Assembly (NCBI RefSeq): GCF_000621645.1
Contig: NZ_JHXR01000015.1
Location: 111,418-143,417, forward strand
DNA from: Vibrio cholerae ATCC 14035
GTDB lineage: Bacteria; Pseudomonadota; Gammaproteobacteria; Enterobacterales; Vibrionaceae
Direction of reading: 5' to 3'
DNA length: 32,000 nt
Shown here in pieces: positions 1 through 9,547 of the stretch (positions are counted from its first letter, which is position 1; each line of letters begins with the position of its first letter). Under the pieces are notes generated by a model. The model did not search any database. It was given only the letters and a program-made list of their open reading frames with translations, and was not told the origin of the DNA. The position numbers were made by a program, and so were the translations under genes.

Positions 1-110
1 CATAGCCATTTCATCATTCCTCTCCTTTGCCATAGTGAATGCCCCACAAGAGCCCTATTTTCTGGGCAGAAAAGAGCGGATTTATCTCTTGCGGGGCAAA
101 TTTTTATCGG

Positions 111-1622
111 TTACATCGCGGCCAGTTTTGCCACCTGTTTCAAATCGGTATTGGTCGCACGAGCTAAGCGAGTACCGTAATCCTTATCCGCTCGGTAGAA
201 ATGGCTGACCATAGTAGCTTTGATCTCTTTGTCCGTGACTTTGTTTAAGTCGCCCGCCAAGTTGGTGATAAGGTCTTGTTTGTCCTGTTCATTTAAGCTG
301 CGATAGAGCACACCTGCTTGATAAAAGTTACGCGGATTGCTGATCGCTTTTTGCTGAACACTTCCAACCAACTGCGTTTGTACCGCTTTAAATTGAGGGT
401 CCTCTTTCAATTCAAGCTTACGACTGGGTTGGTAGTTAATGTCTGAAGCCGTTTGTGCACTGTTACTCGCGCCCTCTTGGTTATGGCTGTTCACCTCAAC
501 CAATGGGCGGTTAATTGGCAGTTGGAACAAATTGGCACCTAAGCGATAAAGCTGTGTATCGGCATACGCAAATAAACGCCCCTGCAACAGACGGTCTTCC
601 GATGGCTCAATACCAGGAATTAGGTTTGATGGCGCAAATGCCGACTGTTCGGTTTCCAAAAAGAAGTTGTCAGGTACTTTGTTCAAGGTCATCGTACCGA
701 CTTTCTTCTCCGGCACATCCAACCATACCTTGGTGGCATCTAAGCCGTTGTAATCCAGTTTGCTCAGTTGTTCTGGTGTCAACACCTGAGCATAAAGATC
801 CCATTTGGGGTGATTACCCGCGTTAATTTGTGTGTAGAGATCATTCGTTAAATGGTTAAAGTACTGTCCTTGAACTTTGACGACCTCATCAGGGCGCAAA
901 CTTTCAATTCCTTGCAGGCTTTTCCAATGGAATTTCACGTAGTTCACATCGCCTTTTTGATTGATCCATTTATAAGCATGAACACCAAAACCATCCATGG
1001 TTCGATAGCTTGCCGGTGTACCTAAGTTGGTATACACCCAAGTCAACATATGTGTAGACCCTGGCTCATGACTGAAAAAATCAAAAAAGCGATTCGGATC
1101 CTGAAGATTGGTGACGGGTGATGGTTTCAGCGAGTGAACCATATCCGGAAACTTGATCGAATCACGAATGAAGAACACAGGCAGGTTGTTCCCTACCAAA
1201 TCCCAGTTGCCTTGTTCGGTATAAAATTTGGTCGCAAAACCTCGCGGATCGCGCAGCGTTTCTGGCGAACCTTTTGAGTGAATCACCGTTGAAAAACGCA
1301 CAAATACCGGTGTGATTTTGCCTTTGCTGGTAAACGGCGCGGAGAGTGTCAGATCACTAAAATCACCGGATGCGACAAACTCACCATGTGCGCCAGTTCC
1401 TCTGGCATGCACTACCCGCTCAGGAATACGTTCTCTGGCAAAACGCTGCAATTTTTGGATCAGATGAACATCTTGCAGCAATACACTGCCATGCTCACCT
1501 GCCGTGATGGAGTTTTGGTTATCGCCAACTGGCGCACCGTTGTCTCGCGTAAGAGTTTGTGCCTGTACGGATACCGCCACAAAACCCATTGAAATAATTA
1601 AAAAGCTTTTTGACATATGCAT
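111..1622 (-). CDS. katB: Monofunctional heme catalase with N-terminal signal peptide (periplasmic KatB type)
   Basis: ORF 111..1814 carries catalase hallmarks (RERIPERVVHARG, VRFSTV, RDPRGFA, proximal Tyr region GRLFAYADTQLYR). Start trimmed to ATG 1620-1622 (MHMSKSFLIISMGFVAVSVQAQ is a signal-peptide-like sequence), with GGAGAG 6-7 nt upstream. The 64 upstream codons have no catalase-like sequence. Confidence 0.92.
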   Translation of the reverse strand: MHMSKSFLIISMGFVAVSVQAQTLTRDNGAPVGDNQNSITAGEHGSVLLQDVHLIQKLQRFARERIPERVVHARGTGAHGEFVASGDFSDLTLSAPFTSKGKITPVFVRFSTVIHSKGSPETLRDPRGFATKFYTEQGNWDLVGNNLPVFFIRDSIKFPDMVHSLKPSPVTNLQDPNRFFDFFSHEPGSTHMLTWVYTNLGTPASYRTMDGFGVHAYKWINQKGDVNYVKFHWKSLQGIESLRPDEVVKVQGQYFNHLTNDLYTQINAGNHPKWDLYAQVLTPEQLSKLDYNGLDATKVWLDVPEKKVGTMTLNKVPDNFFLETEQSAFAPSNLIPGIEPSEDRLLQGRLFAYADTQLYRLGANLFQLPINRPLVEVNSHNQEGASNSAQTASDINYQPSRKLELKEDPQFKAVQTQLVGSVQQKAISNPRNFYQAGVLYRSLNEQDKQDLITNLAGDLNKVTDKEIKATMVSHFYRADKDYGTRLARATNTDLKQVAKLAAM

Positions 1623-2067
1623 GGTTGCTCTCCAATGCGACCTGCCATTCTGACCGACGTTGCGGAGAATGAAGAAATCAAAAGCTCTTTTCTGCCCAGC
1701 GAGAATATAAGGGTAAATAACCCTTTTCACTAAATGGGAAATAACGATGAATTTAATAGAGAAAATCGATTTAAACGAAAGTTTTAGATGACTTCTCATA
1801 TTTTTACTTATCAACCGTCATTATTTTAAGCCAATATTTGTGATATTGGTTCACAGAACCATTTATTAGAGATGGTTAAATTAGCTCTCTATTCTCGGGC
1901 GTTTTTTAAGCATGTCGGCTGTTTTTAAACTGGTTATAACTCATGTCCAAATACGATATAAAAGCGTGAATGAATTTTTCAACCTCTCAGGTCATCTCCT
2001 TTGAACCAGCAAATGTGAACTCATTTTTGCTCAATAATTCTTTGTATATCTGTTTAAAGGAGCTTTC

Positions 2068-2508
2068 ATGCACGACTCGAAAACGCACAACCTAACAACT
2101 CAATACAGCTATCTTATCGGTGTGTTGGGGGTATCACTGATCTTGATTTGGTTGGGGATTTACAAATTTACCCCCACCGAAGCCAAATTAATCGAGCCTT
2201 TGGTACTTAACCACCCCTTGATGGGCTGGACTTACCAATTTCTCTCCGTACAAGCGGTTTCTAACCTAATTGGTGCGACAGAAATAATAGTAGGGATTGG
2301 TTTATTGATTGGATTACGCTCTTCTAAAGTAGCTTATTACTCTGGCATTGCGAGCGTGGTGATTTTTATTAGCACTTTAAGTTTTCTGATCACAACGCCT
2401 GATACTTGGAAGGTATCGGATGGGATTTTGGTTCCAAACTTCTTTTTATTGAAAGATATTCTCTTTTTAGCGGTAGCGATTCACGTTATTGAGAAAAATA
2501 AAGTGTAG
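2068..2508 (+). CDS. DUF417 (YkgB/RclC-family) inner-membrane protein
   Basis: 146-aa polytopic membrane ORF with AAGGAG RBS at 2058-2063. Motifs IWLGIYKFTPTEA and TLSFLITTPDTW closely resemble E. coli YkgB/RclC (LLKFVPYEA, TLSFLITTPEAW) as I recall it. Confidence 0.8.
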   Translation: MHDSKTHNLTTQYSYLIGVLGVSLILIWLGIYKFTPTEAKLIEPLVLNHPLMGWTYQFLSVQAVSNLIGATEIIVGIGLLIGLRSSKVAYYSGIASVVIFISTLSFLITTPDTWKVSDGILVPNFFLLKDILFLAVAIHVIEKNKV

Positions 2509-2554
2509 TCATTAAGTCAATATTCATTGTCCAAGTGTTGATGTAAGCCTATCT

Positions 2555-2590
2555 ATAAAAAAATAGAGCGTCGATTGACGCTCTATTTTT
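2555..2590. terminator. Bidirectional intrinsic terminator between the DUF417 gene and alsR
   Basis: Perfect 10-bp stem ATAGAGCGTC/GACGCTCTAT (2563-2572 / 2577-2586) with loop GATT. It is flanked by an A-run upstream and a T-run downstream, so it is usable on both strands. Confidence 0.75.
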
Positions 2591-2696
2591 ATTCACTCCA
2601 CCTTCATAGTGTGGTTTTGGATCGTTGGGATAGGTAGCGAATCAGATCCACCACATTCACTTGGTCGATGATGGCAAATAAATGTTGCTTCTGTAT

Positions 2697-3575
2697 TCAC
2701 TCCCCCATACACGCAATGCAGCGATTGAGTAAGGGGTGGTGATGTCCGGCATCAGAAACGATAGCAACCTGACTGACAAACGGCATATCTTGAATCGTCT
2801 TCACCACCACCGAATGGTCAAGATGATCTGTGAGCGATAAAGGAACGATCGCAATGCCAAACCCAGCTTGCGCCATAGTAATTGCCGTTCTTAACTGTGG
2901 CGCAGCATACGATCGCGCGATATTGACACCGGCTGCGCTGAATGCGGCTTCAATATTGTCGTACAGGGCCGGGCCGACCTCTCGTGGAAACATCAATACA
3001 TTTTCATGGTTAAGCTGGATGAGCTGAATCTTTTCCACTTCCGCTAACGTATGCACGGCGGGGATCACCGCCACAAATGGGTCATCAAATAATATCTTTC
3101 GCCGTAGCGCTTCACTGGCATAACAAGGCAAACGCATAAATGCGATATCCAACTGTTTTTCTTGGATCATTCTAGCCAACTCTGGCATCGGATGTTCTAC
3201 GGCGATCAATTGTAGATCTGGAATCGTTTCATGCAGTTGGCACACTTTTTCTAATACCACAGAACTGCTGGCGGTTGAGGCAGCAAAGCCTAAACGCAGT
3301 TCAAGATGCTCTCCCCTTGCCCTTTGTCTAACTCGATCTTTGGCTCGTTCAACTTGTTGGAGAATGCTGGTCGTATCCTGATAAAAAAGCTCACCGGCGG
3401 GCGTCAACTCAACGCCTCGTGATAATCGTTTGAAAAGATTGACGCCAAGCTCTTCTTCTAACTTTTTGATTTGCTGACTTAAAGGTGGCTGGGCTATGCC
3501 AAGTTGCTCCGCCGCACGCGTGAAATGTTTTGCCTCTGCGACGGCCGCAAAGTACTTCATGTAACGAAATTCCAT
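2697..3575 (-). CDS. alsR: LysR-family transcriptional regulator of the acetoin operon
   Basis: 292-aa ORF with an N-terminal LysR wHTH (MEFRYMKYFAAVAEAKHFTRAAEQLGIAQPPLSQQIKKLEEELG) and a C-terminal substrate-binding domain. It is divergent from alsD-alsS, the classic AlsR arrangement. Confidence 0.9.
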   Translation of the reverse strand: MEFRYMKYFAAVAEAKHFTRAAEQLGIAQPPLSQQIKKLEEELGVNLFKRLSRGVELTPAGELFYQDTTSILQQVERAKDRVRQRARGEHLELRLGFAASTASSSVVLEKVCQLHETIPDLQLIAVEHPMPELARMIQEKQLDIAFMRLPCYASEALRRKILFDDPFVAVIPAVHTLAEVEKIQLIQLNHENVLMFPREVGPALYDNIEAAFSAAGVNIARSYAAPQLRTAITMAQAGFGIAIVPLSLTDHLDHSVVVKTIQDMPFVSQVAIVSDAGHHHPLLNRCIACMGE

Positions 3576-3584
3576 TAACCACCC

Positions 3585-3599
3585 ATATATTTTCTATAT
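3585..3599. promoter_or_regulatory. Candidate LysR-type (T-N11-A) dyad in the alsR-alsD divergent promoter region
   Basis: ATATATTTTCTATAT (ATA-N9-TAT dyad containing T-N11-A) lies 10 nt from the alsR start codon, in a 108-bp AT-rich divergent intergenic region. Assignment to AlsR (or AphA) is inference. Confidence 0.35.
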
Positions 3600-3683
3600 C
3601 AAAATATATCTTATTTATATTGGATTTTGCGCCACTAAGAAGTCAACCTAAATATACACACAGATTCATATTAGAGTTGACTT

Positions 3684-4469
3684 ATGAACCCTTTACTCTC
3701 TGCCCACTGTTCATGCTCACAAGAGATTGCTCAGCAATTTGCCCACTATCAACACATCAGTGGTGAAGGCGAGATTTATCAAACCTCATTGATGAGCGCC
3801 TTAATCGCTGGGGTTTATGAAGGTGCAACCACCATAGCGCAACTTTTAGAACATGGGGACTTTGGTCTCGGTACGTTTAATGAACTGGATGGCGAATTGA
3901 TCGCATTTGATCGGCAAGTCTTTCAACTGCGCGCTGATGGTTCTGCCCAACCCGCACATCCTGAGCAGCAAACGCCTTTCGCCGTTTTTACTTTTTTTAA
4001 AGCGGATATTGAGCTGCCCATTACCGAACGCATGACTCGTGAACAAGTACATCAGTTGATTGACCGATTAGTCCCGAGCGACAACCTATTTTGTGCGATT
4101 CGCATTGATGGCACCTTTCCGAGTGTGCAGACCCGTACTGTACCTAAACAACAGCGGCCCTATCGACCTATGTTAGAGGTGGTTAAACAGCAGCCCGTTT
4201 TTCGTTTTCAACAGCAACATGGCGTGATTGCCGGATTTCGCAGCCCGCAATACACCACAGGCATCAACGTGCCCGGCTACCACGAACATTTTATTACTCA
4301 GCAACGTACGGGTGGCGGACACATTCAAGATTACATCATCCGTTCTGGATTCTTACAAATTGGGCGAGTTTCGCGTTTGGTGGTCGACACTCCGGTGTCT
4401 CGTGACTTTCTTGAGGCGAACCTCACCCCTAATAACATCCGTACTGCCATCGAAGCAGCGGAAAAATAA
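3684..4469 (+). CDS. alsD: Alpha-acetolactate decarboxylase
   Basis: 261-aa ORF alignable over its full length to AlsD/BudA as I recall it ([62 protein letters not shown]). Confidence 0.93.
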
Positions 4470-4607
4470 TCGCCCAACCGTGAAATGCTTGTGATTGGCG
4501 GCGAAAGCGCTTTCCTGTTGCAATGATCTCTGTGCAGGAAGTGCCCACCCACCTATCGCAAAACAACTTTCACTTAGGGTGTAACGTCAGGTAACTAAGG
4601 ATCACTT

Positions 4608-6311
4608 ATGCAATCCAACATTCACTTGCGCAGCGGAGCACAACTTATCGCCCAACAGCTTGAAGCTATTGGTGTGCGTTATGTCTTCGGCATTCCGGGG
4701 GCCAAAATCGACCGTCTTTTCGACGCGATTGAGGATACCAAAATCCAAATGATCCCAGTCCGTCATGAAGCGAATGGCGCTTTTATGGCGGGTATTATGG
4801 GGCGTCTTTCAGGTCGAGCGGGAGTCACCTTAGCCACATCGGGCCCCGGCTGCGGCAACCTTGTAACAGGCGTCGCGACAGCCAATTCTGAAGGCGATCC
4901 GATGATCGCTATTGGCGGCGCAGTCAAACGTGACTATCAACAAAAGCAGACCCACCAGAGCATGGATACGGTGAGTATTTTTCGTTCTATCACCAAATAC
5001 AGCGCCGAAATTCAACATGTCGATGCCACCAGCGAAGTCATGGCTAATGCATTTCGTCTCGCCGAATCGGGTCGCCAAGGCGCGTGTTTTATCAGCGTAC
5101 CGCAAGATGTGCTGGCCGATAAAACCTCAAGCGAAATTATTATCCCCAGTGCTTATCAGCCCACGGCTGAAGCCGACCCAGACAGTTTGCAGGAAGCCGT
5201 AGAACGGATTCAAAAAGCGCAGCGCTGCGTCGTATTACTCGGACTGCATGCCAGCCACCAAGCCACTGCTGAAGCGGTCAGCGCTTTTTTACATAAAACC
5301 CAGTTACCTGTCGTGGGCACCTACCAAGCCGCTGGCGCAGTAGACATCAACTACTATCACCATTTCGCCGGACGAGTCGGCTTATTCAATAATCAGCCCG
5401 GAGATGTGCTGCTTAAAGAGGCCGATTTGATCATCACCATCGGTTTTAATCCAATCGAGTACGATCCTGAGCTATGGAATAGCCAGCGCTGTCCTATCGT
5501 TCATATCGATATTGAGCCAGCGCAGTATCAAATCCACTACCAGCCATGCCTACAAATTGTCGGTAACATTGCCAGTAATTTGGCGGCACTCTGCCGCCCA
5601 CTACCCGGTTTTACTCGCCTCTCCCCGACTGCATTAGCGATTTTGGAAGAAGTGACTCAGCAGCGTCACGCCATCAAAGCCTATCCTTTGCGCTATCAAA
5701 ATGCGGGATTTCATCCGCTAACCTTGATTAAAACCATGCAAGCGATCATCAAACCCGATACCACCCTCTGTCTCGATATGGGGAGTTTCCATATATGGAT
5801 TGCGCGCTATCTGAGCTGTTTTCGTGCACGGCAGATGCTGGTATCTAACGGACAGCAGACCATGGGCGTTGCCCTACCTTGGGCGATTGCGGCCAGCTTA
5901 CTCAAACCCGGCCATAAAGTCGTTTCAGTATCCGGTGATGGCGGCTTTATGCAATCAAGCATGGAGCTCGAAACCGCGGTGCGCCTCAAATGCAATATCG
6001 TACACATCATTTGGGTCGATAACGCTTACAACATGGTCGAGATGCAGGAAGTGCAGAAATACCATCGCGCTGCTGGGGTAAAATTCGGCCCTATTGATTT
6101 TAAAGCCTACGCCGAATCCTTTGGCGCTCGAGGCTACGCCATCACGCAACCCGATCAGTTGCTCCCTACTCTGCGCCAAGCGATGGAAGTCGAGGGCCCC
6201 GCCGTCGTCGCGATTCCAGTCGATTACTCGGATAACCCCAAATTGATGCAAGCGCGCACCGAAGCCAATCAAGATCCCGTATTTCAAACCCTAGAAGGAG
6301 TTTTCGCATGA
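4608..6311 (+). CDS. alsS: Catabolic acetolactate synthase (ThDP-dependent)
   Basis: 567-aa ORF with AAGGA RBS. It has the ThDP-enzyme architecture (GIPGAKID, TSGPGCGNL, ThDP motif GDGGFMQSSMELETAVRL...N). It is the single-subunit AlsS/BudB type positioned next to alsD. Confidence 0.93.
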   Translation: MQSNIHLRSGAQLIAQQLEAIGVRYVFGIPGAKIDRLFDAIEDTKIQMIPVRHEANGAFMAGIMGRLSGRAGVTLATSGPGCGNLVTGVATANSEGDPMIAIGGAVKRDYQQKQTHQSMDTVSIFRSITKYSAEIQHVDATSEVMANAFRLAESGRQGACFISVPQDVLADKTSSEIIIPSAYQPTAEADPDSLQEAVERIQKAQRCVVLLGLHASHQATAEAVSAFLHKTQLPVVGTYQAAGAVDINYYHHFAGRVGLFNNQPGDVLLKEADLIITIGFNPIEYDPELWNSQRCPIVHIDIEPAQYQIHYQPCLQIVGNIASNLAALCRPLPGFTRLSPTALAILEEVTQQRHAIKAYPLRYQNAGFHPLTLIKTMQAIIKPDTTLCLDMGSFHIWIARYLSCFRARQMLVSNGQQTMGVALPWAIAASLLKPGHKVVSVSGDGGFMQSSMELETAVRLKCNIVHIIWVDNAYNMVEMQEVQKYHRAAGVKFGPIDFKAYAESFGARGYAITQPDQLLPTLRQAMEVEGPAVVAIPVDYSDNPKLMQARTEANQDPVFQTLEGVFA

Positions 6312-7066
6312 GAGGTTTAACCCATAAAGTCGCCTTAGTGACAGGTGCCGCTAACGGTATTGGACTGGCGATTGCCGAACGTTTATATCAAGAAGGCGCA
6401 ACCTTAGCGCTGGCTGATTGGAATGAAGAGCAGTTAGCCATTGTGATTGAGCAGTTTGATTCTGCGCGAGTTTACGCGCAAAAAGTCGATGTCTCGGATC
6501 CCGAACAGGTGCAAGCTTTAGTACGTAAAACGGTCGAGCGTTTCGGGCGTCTAGATATTCTCGTCAACAACGCAGGGATTCATATTCCGGGCACAGTGTT
6601 GGAGTGCAGCGTGCAAGATTGGCGACGCATCGCCTCGGTTAATATAGATGGAGTGGTCTACTGCGCAATGCATGCATTACCTGAGCTAATAAAAACGCGC
6701 GGCTGCATGGTGAATACGGCGTCCGTGTCCGGCTTAGGCGGTGACTGGGGCGCAGCCTTCTACTGCGCGACTAAAGGTGCGGTAGTCAATTTCACTCGCG
6801 CTCTAGCACTGGATCACGGTGCGCAAGGTGTACGCATTAACGCGGTATGTCCAAGTTTGGTGAAAACCAATATGACCAACGGCTGGCCACAAGCGATCCG
6901 CGATCAATTCAATGAACGCATCGCTTTAGGCCGAGCCGCAGAACCAAAAGAAATAGCCGCCGTCGTCGCCTTTTTAGCCAGTGATGATGCCTCGTTTGTC
7001 CATGGGGTGAATCTTCCCGTTGATGGTGGTGCCACCGCCTCCGACGGGCAACCTAAAATCGTTTAG
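6308..7066 (+). CDS. alsO: Short-chain dehydrogenase/reductase, probable acetoin (diacetyl) reductase / butanediol dehydrogenase
   Basis: 252-aa SDR with TGAANGIG cofactor motif, NNAG, and catalytic S...YCATK. The ATGA start/stop overlap with alsS (6308-6311) implies translational coupling. The symbol follows V. cholerae literature as I recall it. Confidence 0.8.
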   Translation: MRGLTHKVALVTGAANGIGLAIAERLYQEGATLALADWNEEQLAIVIEQFDSARVYAQKVDVSDPEQVQALVRKTVERFGRLDILVNNAGIHIPGTVLECSVQDWRRIASVNIDGVVYCAMHALPELIKTRGCMVNTASVSGLGGDWGAAFYCATKGAVVNFTRALALDHGAQGVRINAVCPSLVKTNMTNGWPQAIRDQFNERIALGRAAEPKEIAAVVAFLASDDASFVHGVNLPVDGGATASDGQPKIV

Positions 7067-7100
7067 CCTCACTCGTGATGAATAACCCTAGCCAGAGCTG

Positions 7101-7125
7101 AGAGCGCCGAAAGGCGCTCTTTTTA
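7101..7125 (+). terminator. Intrinsic terminator downstream of the als operon
   Basis: 8-bp GC-rich stem AGAGCGCC/GGCGCTCT with GAAA tetraloop followed by TTTT, 35 nt after the alsO stop codon. Confidence 0.8.
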
Positions 7126-7303
7126 TCGCCACGAGATCTCCGTTACTGAGTGTTCATATCGTCAGCATCACGGACTTTGACTTAAAACAACAAAAGCACA
7201 CACTGGATCCTTTACCGCAAAAAATCGGCCATTAATTAATAAAAATGTCACAACAACCGACTAGTGTTTGAGCCGTTTAATGCATAAGTATTAGTGGACA
7301 ACC

Positions 7304-8158
7304 ATGAATCACATCCACCCCTACCAAAATGAATTGAGTGATATTTTACGCAAACAGCGCATTACCCCGTTATTCCAACCCATTGTGCACCTTGCGAGCG
7401 AGCGTGCTATAGGGTACGAGTCGCTCAGTCGAGGCCCTCAACAAAGTCCTCTTCATACGGCGGGTTCTCTGTTTGAAGCGGCTGAACAGTGCCAGCGCTT
7501 ACCCGAGTTAGAGAAAATTTGTGTACACAAGGCGGCGGCAGCTTGGTCAAGCTTCGGGATCGATTCACAGCTTTTTATCAACCTGAGCCCAGATATGTTG
7601 CTGCATTCACAACAACACCAGTGGGAATTACCACAATTGATGCAGCGTCACCGTCTATCCGCCAATCAGGTCGTGTTTGAAATTTCTGAGCGCACCCCTG
7701 CATTGCAGTTGGATGAGTTGAAAAACTCGGTTCAACATCTACAAGCACAAGGATTTTCAATAGCGATTGATGATATGGGCTCTGGGTATTCAGGATTAAA
7801 ACTGTGGTCTGAATTACAGCCGGATTTTGTGAAAATTGATCGCTACTTTATCCATAACATTGACAGTAACCCAATCAAACTGAAATTTGTGCGTAGTTTG
7901 GTACAACTGGCAGAACAACTTGATTGCCAATTAATTGCAGAGGGAGTAGAAACGCGCTCCGAACTTTTGGCCATAGCGGATTTAGGTATCGAGTTAGTCC
8001 AAGGGTATTTATTCGGTCGCCCTCAACTTACGCCTCAGCGAATATATCATTCGCAGAGTTTTTCCTCTGCCACGGTCTTAAACATCGAGTCAGCTCGTAC
8101 AGAAACGCCTCTTCAGTACCTAATGTTTCAAGATACTCCACGTATGTCTGCGTTATAG
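7304..8158 (+). CDS. acgA: Stand-alone EAL-domain c-di-GMP phosphodiesterase
   Basis: 284-aa ORF. The EAL signature is present as ESL (IGYESLSRG), and all other catalytic motifs are intact (INLSP, FEISER, DDMGSGYSGL, KIDRYF, AEGVET, QGYLFGRP). The symbol is from recalled V. cholerae literature (VC1592). Confidence 0.85.
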   Translation: MNHIHPYQNELSDILRKQRITPLFQPIVHLASERAIGYESLSRGPQQSPLHTAGSLFEAAEQCQRLPELEKICVHKAAAAWSSFGIDSQLFINLSPDMLLHSQQHQWELPQLMQRHRLSANQVVFEISERTPALQLDELKNSVQHLQAQGFSIAIDDMGSGYSGLKLWSELQPDFVKIDRYFIHNIDSNPIKLKFVRSLVQLAEQLDCQLIAEGVETRSELLAIADLGIELVQGYLFGRPQLTPQRIYHSQSFSSATVLNIESARTETPLQYLMFQDTPRMSAL

Positions 8159-8240
8159 CCTCAAGTTATCTCCTGCTTACTTGCTGGGAAACCAAGGATT
8201 GGGATTAGCGTATATACACCGGATGTGATGAATAAAAAGA

Positions 8241-9530
8241 ATGATGGACACAGATAACCGCTGGAGAATTGCGCTTCGCTCTATACGAGGAGAACTGATC
8301 ATTATCGGGATGATAGCGGTCAGCATAGTATTGATTAACACGCCTAAATTATTGTTTGAAGATAAGATCCACGCTTATGAAAAAGAGCAATTGCAACTGA
8401 CTGTCGAACTACAGAAAACCCGTATTGACTACGCAAGCCTAATTCTAGAACATCTAGAAACCCACTCATTGACTCCACAGTTGCAAGAATTCTTCAATCT
8501 GTACCATGGCAATTTATGTGTGCTGGATGAGAATTCCCCACAACAATGCCCGTTGAGCATTATCGATGCGGTTCAATCCACCACTTCAGCAAGTGATTTT
8601 GTCGCTTCTACCTCAGTAAACATCACGTTTGCAGAAGGTTCTATCCTATTTTTTCAAGTGCAAGGCAAACAGATCCGAGTGCTATGGTTCAACCATGCTT
8701 CATTTTGGCCAGCACCACAGAAAAACATCAGCTTGGTCTTGGTTCGCGGTAATCACATTCAGTTCTTAGATAATCCGATTGCACACTATAACGCTCTACT
8801 GAATTACACGATTTTGCGCCACCGAGATGATTACGGGACTTTGCAGTTTGAAAACATGGAGTTGAGCTTTCTTCGTTGGAACCTTGGTGAATATCAATTG
8901 ATCAGTGTGTTTAACGACAAAGTACGCTTGTTTAATCTTATTTACTGGGTAATGTCGGCCAGTTTAACCCTGTTACTGACTTTGACTTGGTTCCTCACTC
9001 GACTCAATCTACAAAAAGTAGCGGCGCAGCGTCATGTTTATATCGACAACTTAACTCGGCTCAATAACCGACATTTTCTGAATAAAATCAGTACTAAGTT
9101 TATTGAACACCCTCACTCCATTGCCGCGATGATCGACATCGATCACTTTAAGAAAATTAATGACCAATATGGGCACATTACCGGAGATCGCATTCTACAG
9201 GCGGTGGCCTCTTGTCTGCGCAAAAATGTCCGAGATGGAGACACCATTATCCGCTTTGGTGGAGAAGAGTTTTTACTATTGTTCCAAGCCCATTCAAACA
9301 AAGAAGCTTGGTACATGCTCGACCGATTGCGTCAGCGAGTTAAAGACGATCATAGCTTGTACGGAACAACGATTTCGATTGGTTTTACTTTTATCGATGG
9401 TAGTTTACCCGCTGCTATTTCGCGGGCAGATACTGCACTCTATCAAGCAAAAGAAGCAGGACGTAATCAAGTGGTTGCCGACAGCGAGAAAGAGAATGAC
9501 TCAGCAGCAGATTTACCGATTCAGTGCTGA
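8241..9530 (+). CDS. acgB: Membrane-bound diguanylate cyclase (two TM helices flanking a ~200-aa periplasmic domain, plus GGDEF)
   Basis: 429-aa ORF with TM1 (~aa 17-37) and TM2 (~aa 232-254). The GGDEF domain has an RFGGEEF active site and an RxxD I-site (RDGD) five residues upstream. The periplasmic region has no motif I recognise. Confidence 0.85.
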   Translation: MMDTDNRWRIALRSIRGELIIIGMIAVSIVLINTPKLLFEDKIHAYEKEQLQLTVELQKTRIDYASLILEHLETHSLTPQLQEFFNLYHGNLCVLDENSPQQCPLSIIDAVQSTTSASDFVASTSVNITFAEGSILFFQVQGKQIRVLWFNHASFWPAPQKNISLVLVRGNHIQFLDNPIAHYNALLNYTILRHRDDYGTLQFENMELSFLRWNLGEYQLISVFNDKVRLFNLIYWVMSASLTLLLTLTWFLTRLNLQKVAAQRHVYIDNLTRLNNRHFLNKISTKFIEHPHSIAAMIDIDHFKKINDQYGHITGDRILQAVASCLRKNVRDGDTIIRFGGEEFLLLFQAHSNKEAWYMLDRLRQRVKDDHSLYGTTISIGFTFIDGSLPAAISRADTALYQAKEAGRNQVVADSEKENDSAADLPIQC

Positions 9531-9547
9531 GTCTTATGCCCAAGATG

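Noticed and set aside
1756-1792. Possible OxyR tetrad (ATAG-N7-CGAT-N7-AAAG-N7-TGAC) upstream of katB.
   Set aside because: Only about 11 of 16 core positions match ATAG-N7-CTAT-N7-ATAG-N7-CTAT, and the fourth element is essentially absent. This is too weak to call without a scoring matrix or footprint.
1623-1814. N-terminal extensions of real genes offered by the ORF track: katB to 1814, galK to 11826, galT to 12953, SBP1 from 14925, permease-2 from 27544, metA from 29271 and the P-loop gene to 29223.
   Set aside because: In each case an internal start gives a better result: the homologous N-terminus or a signal peptide, a proper SD, or coupling to the upstream stop. The extended residues have no family similarity.
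1839-1855. CRP-like TGTGA...TCACA motif in the katB/DUF417 intergenic region.
   Set aside because: The half-sites are perfect but the spacer is 7 nt rather than the canonical 6 (or 8). I kept it only as part of the dyad noted in the katB finding.
7234-7251. Pho-box-like sequence upstream of acgA, which has been reported as PhoB-regulated as I recall.
   Set aside because: Only the promoter-proximal 7-mer (ATGTCAC) resembles CTGTCAC. The partner repeat 11 bp upstream matches 3/7. This is not enough to annotate from the sequence alone.
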